From NCBI GenBank assembly GCA_037141135.1, contig JBAXDB010000002.1, positions 1-56,800 of the forward strand: a stretch of 56,800 nt of DNA, in the 5' to 3' direction. A program made the position numbers and the translations under genes. Each line of letters opens with the position of its first letter. Positions within the stretch are counted from its first letter, which is position 1. Positions 29,101-38,070 of the stretch are shown here, in pieces. The notes beneath the pieces were generated by a model that saw only the letters and a program-made list of their open reading frames with translations, searched no databases and was not told the DNA's origin. The DNA comes from a bacterium (GTDB taxonomy: Bacteria; Verrucomicrobiota; Kiritimatiellia; CAIKKV01; CAITUY01).

Positions 29101-32100
29101 CGTTTCGCCCGCGACAATCGGTTTGATCGAAGCACACGGAACTGGAACCGTGGCGGGCGACCGGGCGGAGACCGAATCCCTGCGCCGGGTCTTCGAGACT
29201 GCCGGCGCCAAACCCGGTTCGGTAGCCCTCGGTTCGGTGAAATCCATGATCGGCCATACCAAGGGCGCCGCAGGCGTTACCGGCCTGCTCAAGGTAGCCA
29301 TGGCACTCCACCACAAGGTCCTGCCCGCCACCCTAGGCGTGGAGAAACCGAACGACAGCCTGACCAACGGGGCGCTTTACGCCAACACCGAAACTCGCCC
29401 CTGGATCTCCGCCACTCCTGGCCAACCCCGCCGCGCAGCGGTCAGCGCTTTCGGGTTTGGTGGCGCAAACTATCACGCTATTGTTGAAGAATATGCCGGG
29501 GCGGCCGCCCCGGCCGCCTCCGAACAGTGGCCCTGTGAGCTTTTTCTGTGGCGCGCCCTCTCCGTCACAGAAATCGGGTCCCGCATCACCGCGCTGCTGG
29601 CGGACTTGAAGGCGGGTGCCCGCCCGGAGCTGAAAGACCTTTCCTTTACGTTGTGGCACATCGCCCAACACCAACTCGAGGGCGTCACACTGGCCATCGT
29701 GGCCTCCTCGCTTCAAGACCTGTCCGCCAAACTGGAAACGGTCGGCGCCAAACTGGGCGACGGGACAGCCGCCGTATGGGACACCGCCTCCGGCACCTAT
29801 CTGGCCCCGCAGGCGCTGGCGCGGAACAGCGGCCTCGCCTTTCTATTCCCGGGACAAGGCTCACAATATCCCGACATGCTGCGTGAACTGGCTGTTCATT
29901 TCCACGAAATCCGCGAAGCCTTCGAGACCGCCGACCGGACCCTCGCCGGCCACTTTGGAAAGCCGCTATCGTCTTTTGTATTCCCGCCGCCGCGCTTCAA
30001 TGAAGAAGAGGAACGTGCGGTGCGCCGGTCCCTCACGGCCACTCATGTGGCTCAACCTGCGCTCGGCGCCGCCGCCACGGGCCTGCTGGACTTGTTGTGC
30101 GCCCTGGGTGTGACTCCCAACCGGGTGGCAGGCCACAGTTATGGCGAGTATGCGGCACTCCACGCCGCTGGTTGCCTTACCGCCGAACAATTGTTGGCCC
30201 TGTCGGAAGCCCGCGGACGGTTCATCACGGAAGAAGCCCAAGGGGATCTGGGCGCCATGGCGGCGGTCGAGGCCGACGAGGAGAAGACCCGCGCCCTCGT
30301 GGGCGACCTCCCCGACCTCTGGATCGCCAACCTTAATTCACCGCGCCAGACCATCATCTCCGGCGCCAAATCCGCGATTGCGGCCGCGCTGAAGCGCCTC
30401 GAATCCCAGGAGGTCACAGCTCAAGCGATTCCTGTGGCCTGCGCCTTTCATTCGCCTCTCGTGGCTCCCGCCAAGGAACGGCTGCAAACGCTGCTCGGGG
30501 AGACGTCCTTCGCCGTACCCAAACTGGCCGTTTATTCCAACTCCACTGGCGGCGCCTATCCGGCTGACCCGGCCGCCATCCGGGCGCAACTGGGGGAACA
30601 TCTGGTATCGCCCGTGCGGTTCGTGGCGGAAATCGAGGCGATGTATGCGGCAGGAACACGCGTCTTTGTCGAAGTCGGTCCCCGTAGCGTGCTGACCGGA
30701 CTAACCGAACAGATTCTGGGAGATCGCGAGCGGATGGTCGTGCCGTTGGAGACGCGCAAACGCTCCGGTCTGGAAGCGCTGTTGCACGCCCTGGCTCAAC
30801 TGGCCGCCCATGGAACACCGGTACGATTGGACCGGCTATTCGAAGGCCGGTGCCCTTGTAAATACGCATTGGAGCACTTAATCAAGGAAACCCGCGACGC
30901 CCCCTTCCCGCCCACCGCCTGGTGGGTGGAAGGTGGCCGAGCCACACCCATGCACTCACAAACCCTTCCTTCACAAGAGCAAAAACCAACTGTCCCGGTT
31001 TCAACTCAGGGAGAATCCGGCAACCTTGCGGCGATGCTGAAGGCTCATGAACAGGTCATGCAACGCCTCCTCGATACTCATCAACGCGTCATGGCAGCAG
31101 CGCTGGGTAAGCCCCCCCCCGTGGTGATGGCAAAGTATTCTGCACCCGCGCCCCAGACGCCCGTTCCCGCAGCAACGCCCATCCCGGTGGCGCCGGTCAG
31201 TCCCGCATCACCGGCAACACCCGTTGCGCAGAAATACAGCGCCGAGCACATCCGGCAGGAGGTATTGCGTATTGCGGGCGAACGTACCGGGTATCCGCCG
31301 GATATGCTGGATGTTGACGCTGATCTTGAAGCGGATCTCGGCATTGATTCCATCAAGCGCGTCGAAATCGCCGGCCGTCTGCGCAAGGCGTTCCCCCATC
31401 TCGGCGCCTCCCCCGACGCCTCAACCGCCGGAAACCTGGCAAGTCTCAGAACATTGCGGGGTCTCATCGAACGGATCGCCTCGGTTCCTGTCAACGGAAG
31501 TCCGGCGGTCCCGAAACCCGAAGGGGTTGCAACGGCTGAACCTGTCACGAAGGCCGATGCGGACGTTCCGGTGCCGCGCTTCATGATGCGAATGGAAGAT
31601 GCGCCCGCACCGGCGGAGAAGGCCGGATTGCCGCAGGGCGTGCTCCTCATCACGGATGACGGGAATGGACTTGCCGACACCGTGGCAGACGCCCTCCGAG
31701 CCGAGGGTGCCCGTGCCGTGGTGGTTTCGGCAAATGGCAAGCCAGGCGGTACGGCCACCCATTATCCGGCCGATTTTTCAAGCCCGGCGAGCCTGCATGA
31801 ACTGGTCGCCACCCTCCGCCGGACCGAGGGCCAAATCGCCGGCCTGATTCACCTGCGGCCACTCCGTCACCGCGCCCCCGCCGCCGAAAGGTCCCTGGAC
31901 CTGTGGCGTCGGACGATCCAGGAAGACGTCAAAGCGCTCTTCTATCTGGCCCAGGCGGCCGCAGCGGATTTAAAATCTCCTCCCGCAGGCCACCATTGTG
32001 TGTTCGCGGTCATCGGAATGGCTGACGGGTTCCCCGGCCATGGTGGCCTGACGGGATTGATCAACACCCTTGCCACGGAATGGCCCGGCCTCAGGGGCCG

Positions 32101-34090
32101 CACCCTCGCCCTCGACAACCGCGAGTCCCTGCTCACGCTGGCGCAAGCGATCATGGATGAACTGCACTGCGACGACCATGCCCGGTTCATCAGTTTCAAA
32201 CAGGGCAGGCGGCAACAGGTCCGGATCGAGCCGGCTGAACTGCGCCCGGGCAAGGAGGAATCGATGCGCATCGGCCAGGACTGGGTCATTCTGATCACGG
32301 GAGGCGCCTGCGGCATCACGGCGCAGGTCGCGCTGGAACTGGCTGAACGCTTCAAGCCCACGCTGGTGCTGGCAGGCCGTTCTCCCTTACCCGCCGCCCA
32401 GGAAGCCGATCCGACGCGAGGCATCATGGAACCCGTGGAACTCCGCCGCATTCTTGCCGAACAATTATCAAAAGCGGCAGGCAAGGCGACCATGGCCGAT
32501 ATCGAGGCCGCCTATCGCCGCCTGTGCCGGGAACGGGAAATTCGAGCCACCCTGTCGGACCTTCGTAAAACCGGCGCCAAGGTAACCTATGTTCAAACCG
32601 ATGTACGCGATGCCCAGTCTTTCGGGGACACCGTGGATCACCTCTATACCGAGTTCGGGCGATTGGATGGCGTGATCCATGGGGCGGGCCTGATCGAGGA
32701 CAAGCGGGTGGAGGACAAAACTCCCGGATCTTTCGACCGCGTTTTCGACACTAAGGCGGATGGCGCATTTATACTGGCACGGCATTTACGACTCGACTCG
32801 CTTAAATTCCTGGTCTTTTTCTCATCCGTGGCCTCGCTCGGTAATGCCGGGCAAAGCGATTATGCAGCCGCCAACGGTGTGTTGAACGCTTTGGCCTGCG
32901 ATTTGGATCGCCACATGGCGGGGCGGGCTATCGCCATTTTATGGGGCCCCTGGCAAAGCGCCGGCATGGCATCGGAAGAGGTCCAGCGCCGGTTTCAGGA
33001 TCGGGGGGTACAGATTATCCCCCTCACGGCAGGCCGGCGTCGCCTGATCGAAGAGTTGCTCTACGGACGCAAGGGTAACGTGGAGGTGCTTTATGGCGAC
33101 GCCCCCTACGCTTCCGTAGAGGCCCGGGCGAAGGAAGGGCGAAAGGCGCTTCCCCTGATCGCGGGTGATGAATCCGTGATCCACAACAACGGCTCGGTCG
33201 AAATCGCCTGTGTGCTCGATACCGCCGAGCAGGCCTACCTGCTCGATCATCAACTCGACGGCAAGCCGGTGTTTCCCGCGGCCATGGCCATGGAACTGAT
33301 GGCGGAATCGGCCTGGGTCTTCACGGCGCCCAAAACCGGCGGGATTGAAATAACCTCACTGCAGATCCAGCAAGGCATCGTGCTGCAGGCGGGGCGGCTG
33401 CCTCTACGGGTCATCGGTTGCCTGGCAGCCACTCCGCCCAGCCTACCGAACACCTCGTCCTGTTCCATGCAAATCCACACCTCCAAGACCCCGCAGCGCG
33501 CGAATTACCTGGCCGGAATCACCCTCGGCCTCGATTCAACACCCCCTTTGTTGTTTCCCGAAACAGACGGAACATTTTACCCTTTTCCGCTCAGCGTACC
33601 CGAGGTCTATGCACGCTGGCTTTTTCAGGGGCCTTGTTTTGCGGGCATCACGGCGATTGAAGGAATACGGAAAGACGCTATTGCGGGAATGCTGCACTCG
33701 GTGTCCCCGGCGCAGTGCCTGTCCAAGGCTCCCCACGAAAGCCAATGGCTAATTGATCCCACAGTGGTCGATGCCTCGCTTCAACTCGTCATTCTCTGGG
33801 AGCGTCACTGGCACAACATGACGCCCCTGCCCATGCAAATCGGACGGTTCCGACTTTATCACTCCCTCTCCACACAGCCCGTTCGCTGCTGTGTCAAGGC
33901 GGCGGTGTCCGATGGAGGAGAATTACTGACAGCCGATCTGTATTATACCAATACGCAAGGCCAGTTGCTTGCGGTCATGGAGGGTTTGCAATGCGCCTGT
34001 ACGCGGGCGCTTAACCGACTTAGCAACTCGCCCGTCCATCAAATGTCCATCCATGGCGACAAAGAAAGGCGGCACATCGCGGCATGTTGA
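26162..34090 (+). CDS. Iterative type I PKS/FAS-like megasynthase ('secondary lipid' synthase): ER-like, ER, KS, AT, ACP, KR, DH
   Basis: 2642 aa, one uninterrupted ORF. All domain signatures were read directly from the translation (see the domain entries below). RBS GGAG lies 9 nt upstream of the ATG. Confidence 0.9.
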   Translation: MTGLGDFHFMATSIAGFMAPDIALAAIRAGEIGIINGESAPSEAALRSALAELRDAPRERCGLRLDLGNTTITPGLLKDLPPQVGWIILARTKPAEVGGHILRLHKHDVRVLVESVELETAQAAETAGADGVIAKGNEAGGWVGEETSFILLQRLRQVITLPIWIQGGIGAHTVAAAYVGGAVGVVLDSALALLQESKLPSQAKALIGRMDGSETQCFAVDGALYFRSLAPRGTATQGLRAEDILRQVGWEDDQMHLLPLGQDACFARSLAERYGTVGKTLRGLRAELQSHLSAGCRHTLLMKDSPWALAHHTAYPIVQGPMTRVSDTPTFARAVADAGGLPFLALGLQRESEIEALLSETRRRLGDKPWGVGLLGFLDASLQEEQLAVVHRHHPPFALIAGGHPEQARSLDQEGILTYLHVPASGLLRLFIEDGARRFIFEGRECGGHVGPLSSFVLWEQTAQVLLESVPAHELPDCHILLAGGIHDATSAAMAATCMTSLAERGVKIGVLMGTAYLSTREAVSSGAILETFQRQALACQHTVLLETGPGHVVRCAPTPYADAFATRKARLRAEGASTDQLRTTLEAMNLGRLRLAAKGVMRQQADPEALVPVNENEQIAGGLYMLGQAAGLREKVCTLQELHHEISVGGTELLRETRPATTGREHECIAIVGMSCLLPGARNLDQFWTNILNKTNSIREVPPTRWDWKLYFDEHRETPDRIYARWGGFLDPVAFDPASYGMPPSSLASIEPIQLLALELARTALRDAGYENRSFPRENTAVIIGVSGGLAELGQDYVLRSALSAGPDRPTMTGIQRKLPEWTEDSFAGILLNVIAGRITNRFDLGGPSFTVDAACASSLAAVYLACRELESGASDMVLVGGADTFQSPFNYLCFCKTQALSPRGRCRTFDHTADGTCISEGLSMLVLKRVSDAERDGDRIYAVIKGVGASSDGRAKGLTAPSPEGQIRALQRAYTSAGVSPATIGLIEAHGTGTVAGDRAETESLRRVFETAGAKPGSVALGSVKSMIGHTKGAAGVTGLLKVAMALHHKVLPATLGVEKPNDSLTNGALYANTETRPWISATPGQPRRAAVSAFGFGGANYHAIVEEYAGAAAPAASEQWPCELFLWRALSVTEIGSRITALLADLKAGARPELKDLSFTLWHIAQHQLEGVTLAIVASSLQDLSAKLETVGAKLGDGTAAVWDTASGTYLAPQALARNSGLAFLFPGQGSQYPDMLRELAVHFHEIREAFETADRTLAGHFGKPLSSFVFPPPRFNEEEERAVRRSLTATHVAQPALGAAATGLLDLLCALGVTPNRVAGHSYGEYAALHAAGCLTAEQLLALSEARGRFITEEAQGDLGAMAAVEADEEKTRALVGDLPDLWIANLNSPRQTIISGAKSAIAAALKRLESQEVTAQAIPVACAFHSPLVAPAKERLQTLLGETSFAVPKLAVYSNSTGGAYPADPAAIRAQLGEHLVSPVRFVAEIEAMYAAGTRVFVEVGPRSVLTGLTEQILGDRERMVVPLETRKRSGLEALLHALAQLAAHGTPVRLDRLFEGRCPCKYALEHLIKETRDAPFPPTAWWVEGGRATPMHSQTLPSQEQKPTVPVSTQGESGNLAAMLKAHEQVMQRLLDTHQRVMAAALGKPPPVVMAKYSAPAPQTPVPAATPIPVAPVSPASPATPVAQKYSAEHIRQEVLRIAGERTGYPPDMLDVDADLEADLGIDSIKRVEIAGRLRKAFPHLGASPDASTAGNLASLRTLRGLIERIASVPVNGSPAVPKPEGVATAEPVTKADADVPVPRFMMRMEDAPAPAEKAGLPQGVLLITDDGNGLADTVADALRAEGARAVVVSANGKPGGTATHYPADFSSPASLHELVATLRRTEGQIAGLIHLRPLRHRAPAAERSLDLWRRTIQEDVKALFYLAQAAAADLKSPPAGHHCVFAVIGMADGFPGHGGLTGLINTLATEWPGLRGRTLALDNRESLLTLAQAIMDELHCDDHARFISFKQGRRQQVRIEPAELRPGKEESMRIGQDWVILITGGACGITAQVALELAERFKPTLVLAGRSPLPAAQEADPTRGIMEPVELRRILAEQLSKAAGKATMADIEAAYRRLCREREIRATLSDLRKTGAKVTYVQTDVRDAQSFGDTVDHLYTEFGRLDGVIHGAGLIEDKRVEDKTPGSFDRVFDTKADGAFILARHLRLDSLKFLVFFSSVASLGNAGQSDYAAANGVLNALACDLDRHMAGRAIAILWGPWQSAGMASEEVQRRFQDRGVQIIPLTAGRRRLIEELLYGRKGNVEVLYGDAPYASVEARAKEGRKALPLIAGDESVIHNNGSVEIACVLDTAEQAYLLDHQLDGKPVFPAAMAMELMAESAWVFTAPKTGGIEITSLQIQQGIVLQAGRLPLRVIGCLAATPPSLPNTSSCSMQIHTSKTPQRANYLAGITLGLDSTPPLLFPETDGTFYPFPLSVPEVYARWLFQGPCFAGITAIEGIRKDAIAGMLHSVSPAQCLSKAPHESQWLIDPTVVDASLQLVILWERHWHNMTPLPMQIGRFRLYHSLSTQPVRCCVKAAVSDGGELLTADLYYTNTQGQLLAVMEGLQCACTRALNRLSNSPVHQMSIHGDKERRHIAAC
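26183..26761 (+). other. Megasynthase domain 1: degenerate nitronate-monooxygenase/FabK-PfaD-type enoyl-reductase-like TIM barrel
   Basis: FMAPDIALAAIRAGEIGIING...GVIAKGNEAGGWVG...IQGGIGAHTVAAAYVGGAVGVVLDSAL. The usual EAGGH histidine is Trp (W142, nt 26585-26587). The GTxFL motif is replaced by LDSAL. Confidence 0.6.
27095..27976 (+). other. Megasynthase domain 2: FabK/PfaD/trans-AT-PKS-type enoyl reductase (NMO family)
   Basis: YPIVQGPMTRVSDTPTFARAVADAGGLPFLAL...FIFEGRECGGHVGP...LLAGGIHDATSAAMA...VLMGTAYLSTREA. The canonical GGH and GTxYL motifs are retained. Confidence 0.75.
28160..29491 (+). other. Megasynthase KS domain (active)
   Basis: IAIVGMSCLLPGA...; active-site TVDAACASS (Cys857, nt 28730-28732); IEAHGTGTVAGD; GSVKSMIGHTKGAAG; AVSAFGFGGANYH. 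Confidence 0.9.
29834..30721 (+). other. Megasynthase acyltransferase domain (malonyl-type motifs)
   Basis: FLFPGQGSQY...VAGHSYGEYAAL (Ser1326)...VACAFHSPL... Confidence 0.85.
31238..31486 (+). other. Megasynthase ACP domain (single copy)
   Basis: DADLEADLGIDSIKRVEI with Ser1730 at nt 31349-31351. It is preceded by a Pro/Ala-rich linker. Confidence 0.85.
31634..33031 (+). other. Megasynthase KR domain (structural plus catalytic subdomains)
   Basis: WVILITGGACGITAQVALELA is the Rossmann motif. ...SSVASLGNAGQSDYAAANGVLNA supplies the catalytic Ser/Tyr/Asn region. Confidence 0.8.
33164..34006 (+). other. Megasynthase PKS-type dehydratase (double hot-dog)
   Basis: LLDHQLDGKPVFPAAMAMEL matches HxxxGxxxxP (His2363). 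The downstream DASLQL region fits the second-half Asp motif. Confidence 0.7.
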
Positions 34091-34923
34091 CGAAAGAACC
34101 CATCGTCGAACCCTTCCCCATACCCCTGGGGTTTGGTCCCCTCCCGGGTTACCGGGTGCAAGGCATTGTCCGGAGCCCGTGGCAACATCCCGTTCAAGCG
34201 GCGGGCCTCAAACATGGCTGGTGCTGCCAGTGTGTTGACGAATACCGGGCCAATGCCTGGGAGGAAACCGCCGCCCCCTTTATTTTGCTTGAGTCCGAGT
34301 GGAAACACTGGCGCAGCCTGCCGCACACCGCCGCCAAGCGCCGCTGGTTGCGCGGCCGCGTGGCCGCCAAGGACGCGGTAAGGTTACTTTTGATGGATCG
34401 TTACAATATGGCGGCTGCCCTGGAAACCATCAGCGTGCTCCCGAATGAACATGGACAACCCCAGGTCCATTGTACCGCACTGCCGAAAACGGGTGCCTGG
34501 GTTTCTGTATCGATCTCGCATTGCGGGAACAGTTCCGTGGCACTGGCCGCCGAACGCTCCGAAGCCAGTCACGGGGTAGGCATCGACGTCGCCGCCCAGT
34601 TTGAAAGCCATGAGGGTCTGGCGGAAGGCGGGTTCGTCTCCACCGAAATGGCCTTGCTGGAAGATTGCCCCGGGGAGGAGCGTAGCGATTGGCTGCTGCG
34701 CCTGTGGTGCGCAAAAGAGTCCGTTGGCAAAGTCCTTGGTTTCGGGTTGATGGGAAACCCGTTGAACTATCTCGTACGCCGGGTAGACCGCGGCGCAAGC
34801 GTAGTGGAGGTCGAGATCAAACTTGAGTCTTCCGTCACGCCCCAAAGCAAGACACGGATGGCCGTCAACGTCGGGAGCGACCGGGGGATGACTTTCGCCG
34901 TGGCGCACCGGGAGGGAAACTGA
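34084..34923 (+). CDS. Sfp-type 4'-phosphopantetheinyl transferase
   Basis: 279 aa. GVGIDVAAQ (the G-x-D motif) and WCAKESVGKVLG (the W/F-x-x-K-E-x-x-x-K motif). The ATG at 34084 overlaps the megasynthase stop (ATGTTGA). Confidence 0.8.
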   Translation: MLTKEPIVEPFPIPLGFGPLPGYRVQGIVRSPWQHPVQAAGLKHGWCCQCVDEYRANAWEETAAPFILLESEWKHWRSLPHTAAKRRWLRGRVAAKDAVRLLLMDRYNMAAALETISVLPNEHGQPQVHCTALPKTGAWVSVSISHCGNSSVALAAERSEASHGVGIDVAAQFESHEGLAEGGFVSTEMALLEDCPGEERSDWLLRLWCAKESVGKVLGFGLMGNPLNYLVRRVDRGASVVEVEIKLESSVTPQSKTRMAVNVGSDRGMTFAVAHREGN

Positions 34924-35247
34924 ATGAGCTGGCCCTGGCAAAAACCTGAGAACGAACCGAAGGAAACCTTGTTGCAGGAGGTGACCCAGGCCATTGCCCA
35001 AGTTCTTGGCTGCTCCAGTGGCAGAACTCACGCGGACATTCAGCCCACCGCCTACCTCGGCGCCGATCTCGGCTTAAGTTCCATCGCCGTCGCCCGATTG
35101 GCGGGTTTGCTGCAAAAACAACATGGGAAAAAACCCCTGCCTTTCCACAAGTTGTTCGTAAAGCCGGATGGCTCGATGCTCCAGGACATCCGGGTATCGG
35201 ATATCGTGACGTTTCTCGAGTGGCACGTCCTTAACAGTCATCCATGA
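34924..35247 (+). CDS. Stand-alone acyl/peptidyl carrier protein-like protein
   Basis: 107 aa. ...YLGADLGLSSIAVARLAGLL... aligns to the DLGxDS(I/L) phosphopantetheine attachment motif. It starts 1 nt after the PPTase stop. Confidence 0.6.
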   Translation: MSWPWQKPENEPKETLLQEVTQAIAQVLGCSSGRTHADIQPTAYLGADLGLSSIAVARLAGLLQKQHGKKPLPFHKLFVKPDGSMLQDIRVSDIVTFLEWHVLNSHP

Positions 35248-36332
35248 GTACCCCTACATCAGTCTATACGGCACGTCCCGCCACCTTTGACGACCTCGAG
35301 GAGGTCGCTGTCCTGTTGCAAAGGGTCTTCGACGTGAAAAAATCCGCTGACACTTTGAAATGGAAATTTTCCGGGTGCGCGGGCCATCTGGTAGGATCCA
35401 CCGTACTGACAAGCAACCACAAGATCGTGGGTTTTCTCGGCCAGATTCCCCTGCGTACCCGCGTGGCGAACAGGGACATCCTCGCTGTCCAGGGGGCGGA
35501 TGTGGGCATTCTGGAGGAACATCGCCGGCTCGACGCCTTTCTTAACTTGCTCTTGAAAAGCGTTGATGACCTCGAAGCCAAGGGCATCGCGCTGGCTTAC
35601 GGAACAGCCAATGCGGAGGCCACGATCACCTTGTCGACACTGCTTGGACAACCTACCGTATCCAGAACCCCTCTGCTGGTGCTGCCACTCAGCGATGCCG
35701 TACCGGTCTCGGCCCGGACGACCTTTCCGCTCCTCACCCGCCTCTTTGCCGCCTGCATCCGTATGGTGGAACGTGGGGTGGCGAGGTTGCCAGATTTGGC
35801 TCATGATCCGCTCCGGGTGATTCGACTGGATCGTTTCGATTCCCGTTTTGACGTCTTCTGGGAGCGGATTCGGGATGACTACCTGATCCTGCTTGTCCGT
35901 GACGCCAGATATTTGAACTGGCGTTATGTGGAGGTGCCCGGTGTCGTGTATGAGCGCATCGGTATCGAATCGACCGTTTCCGGCGAGATCGAAGGTTATG
36001 CCGTCCTGGGCCTATCACGGCGGGGTGCCCAAGTCCGCGGACGGATTTGTGATCTGGTCACCCCACGGCGGGAAAACGGCCGGGCCGCCCACAAACTGAT
36101 TACGGCATCCATCGAGTGGTTCCGCGCCCAAGGAGCGGATATTGCCGACGTCTGGATGTTCCCCCATGCCCATTTGCGTTTCCCCTTGCGACTCCACGGC
36201 TTTATTCCCCGCAACACAACCCGGGGCCGGTTCCAGGCAAATACCCTGATGGCAAGCGCCGCGTTGCAACTCCAGTGCGTGGAAAGGGCGGACAACTGGT
36301 TTCTATCGATGGGCGACAGTGATACGGTCTGA
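35244..36332 (+). CDS. Two-domain GNAT-superfamily N-acyltransferase
   Basis: 362 aa. N-terminal GNAT pattern (ATFDDLEEVAVLLQRVF...IVGFLGQIP...VQGADVGILEEHRRLDAFLNLL...). ATGA overlap with the carrier-protein gene. Confidence 0.6.
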   Translation: MSTPTSVYTARPATFDDLEEVAVLLQRVFDVKKSADTLKWKFSGCAGHLVGSTVLTSNHKIVGFLGQIPLRTRVANRDILAVQGADVGILEEHRRLDAFLNLLLKSVDDLEAKGIALAYGTANAEATITLSTLLGQPTVSRTPLLVLPLSDAVPVSARTTFPLLTRLFAACIRMVERGVARLPDLAHDPLRVIRLDRFDSRFDVFWERIRDDYLILLVRDARYLNWRYVEVPGVVYERIGIESTVSGEIEGYAVLGLSRRGAQVRGRICDLVTPRRENGRAAHKLITASIEWFRAQGADIADVWMFPHAHLRFPLRLHGFIPRNTTRGRFQANTLMASAALQLQCVERADNWFLSMGDSDTV

Positions 36333-36339
36333 GGCCGCA

Positions 36340-38070
36340 ATGAAAATGGCGACACAAAACACCCTTTACTGGATTGTCTCCTTGGGCGTGGTGTGCATGA
36401 TCTATCTCTCGGCGCTGTTATCGCTGCATCCGTCTGTATTCTGGTCACCCGACGAGGGCGCCAAATTCATCCAGATGCACAGCCTGGTTTCAAACACCGG
36501 GACTGCCCATCCCATTTCCTATGGCGCCGCGGCGCAGGATCCGTCTTTCACGTACTATCCCACCGCCCCGATTTATCCGCAGCCGCTCTGGCCCACAGGT
36601 GTTCTCAACCACTGGCCCAATTTGTTTCCTCTTGTTTCGTTACCGTTCTTTCAGCTCTTCGGCCTGCGGGGGCTTTATGTCATTCCTTTGCTCTGCGGCC
36701 TTTTGTCGGTGGTCGCCGTTTCCCGCCTGGCCCGGAACATGGAACCCGGCGCGGCCACACCGGGAATTCTGCTGGCAGGACTAGGCACGCCTTTGCTCTT
36801 CCAATCCGTTCTGTTTCTGGAACATACGTTGGCCGGCGCCCTGGGCCTTGGCGCCCTGCTTTGCGGTGGGGCCGCCTACGGTTCGACGCGGAGTCGCCCA
36901 GGGTTTTCTATTGCCATGATCGCCTGCCTTGTGGGACTGTTCGCCTTGCGCGATGAAACGCTGATCTTCCTGGCCGCCCTGTCATTAACCGGGCTCCTCA
37001 TGCTGGCCTTTGAACGAAAACCCACCGGCCTTCGCGCCGGGCTGATGTTGCTCGTTTTCTTTCTGTTCCTTGTCATGGTGAAAACGATGGGCGATAATAT
37101 GGGCGGCTCCAACCGGGTCGCGGAACTCGTCCGCAATATAACACGGGCTCTGGCAGGTCTTCAAGATCCTGCCTTGTGGAGCGCTTTCCCCGATCACCTG
37201 TTACAGGTATTCATCAATAACCCCGGGCAGTTCGGGGTCCCGTTATCACCCGGATGGACTGTGACAGGACTTGTCGGACTCGGTTTGTGCGCGTTCTCCC
37301 TGATGGCAGGCACCCGGTGGCGGTTCCCCTGCTGGCTGCTCGGGGCGGTCCTCGTCAGCATCCCCAGTCTCCTCGGGCTTTGCCTGCCGGATCGGTACCG
37401 GGCGGTTCACGGCCTGTTGCTCGCGGCGCCCTGCCTGGTTCTGGCCTGGTTGCCATCGCGGTTGGGCAGTCAACCACGGCGCCGCACCGAACGGTTTCTC
37501 ATGATATTACTGCCGGTTTACCTGGTCATCTATGCGCTTGCCACCTGGCTTTTCCGCCGCCCCTCGGGCGGGCCGGAATGGGGACTGCGGTATGCCCTGA
37601 TCGCCTATCTGCTGGCGGCGGCTTTGGGCGCGGTGGCCGTTACCCGATTCCAGCAGACAAGCAGGGGCTGGCACCGGTTTACCGGACTCGGGGTGGCCGC
37701 CTTGCTCCTGGCCTTGTCGTGCGGTTATGGCATGCGCGGAATTGTGGAGGTCCAGGTCACCAAACGGGATCTTCAGGCCTTTGAACAGGAGATTCTTGAA
37801 GCCCACTGCCCGATCATCACCGACCAATGGTGGCTGGCGTCGGCTCTGGCGCCCGCCTTCGTCCGCACTGAATTTTACACTGATAATCCCTGCACTGCCA
37901 GCGGCTTGTGGCTGGCTCGCATCGCGCCCCGAAAACGGGAGTTCCTCTATGTCAGTTATGCCCCTCCGCCGGACTCGGCCAAGGGGCCCAATGGAGTGAG
38001 GCTCACTCTAGCAGGGCGTCGCACCATTCAGGGCATGACATTCTCCCGCTACAATCTGGAGACACCATGA
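36340..38070 (+). CDS. Polytopic membrane protein, GT-C-fold (ArnT/PMT_2-like) glycosyltransferase candidate
   Basis: The track ORF starts at 36319. I prefer ATG 36340, which is preceded by GAGG at 5-nt spacing. The protein has at least 12 TM segments and an acidic motif (WSPDEGAKF) in the first loop, as in GT-C enzymes. Confidence 0.55.
   Translation: MKMATQNTLYWIVSLGVVCMIYLSALLSLHPSVFWSPDEGAKFIQMHSLVSNTGTAHPISYGAAAQDPSFTYYPTAPIYPQPLWPTGVLNHWPNLFPLVSLPFFQLFGLRGLYVIPLLCGLLSVVAVSRLARNMEPGAATPGILLAGLGTPLLFQSVLFLEHTLAGALGLGALLCGGAAYGSTRSRPGFSIAMIACLVGLFALRDETLIFLAALSLTGLLMLAFERKPTGLRAGLMLLVFFLFLVMVKTMGDNMGGSNRVAELVRNITRALAGLQDPALWSAFPDHLLQVFINNPGQFGVPLSPGWTVTGLVGLGLCAFSLMAGTRWRFPCWLLGAVLVSIPSLLGLCLPDRYRAVHGLLLAAPCLVLAWLPSRLGSQPRRRTERFLMILLPVYLVIYALATWLFRRPSGGPEWGLRYALIAYLLAAALGAVAVTRFQQTSRGWHRFTGLGVAALLLALSCGYGMRGIVEVQVTKRDLQAFEQEILEAHCPIITDQWWLASALAPAFVRTEFYTDNPCTASGLWLARIAPRKREFLYVSYAPPPDSAKGPNGVRLTLAGRRTIQGMTFSRYNLETP

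Noticed and set aside
37908-38066. N-terminal 53-aa extension of the DUF2723-like ORF. The same question applies to the upstream extensions of ORFs at 12129..13679, 2708..4018, 49034, 50002, 51130 and 52426.
   Set aside because: The extensions overlap the preceding gene and lack an RBS. The internal Met gives an ATGA coupling or a good SD sequence, and a sensible signal or TM N-terminus.
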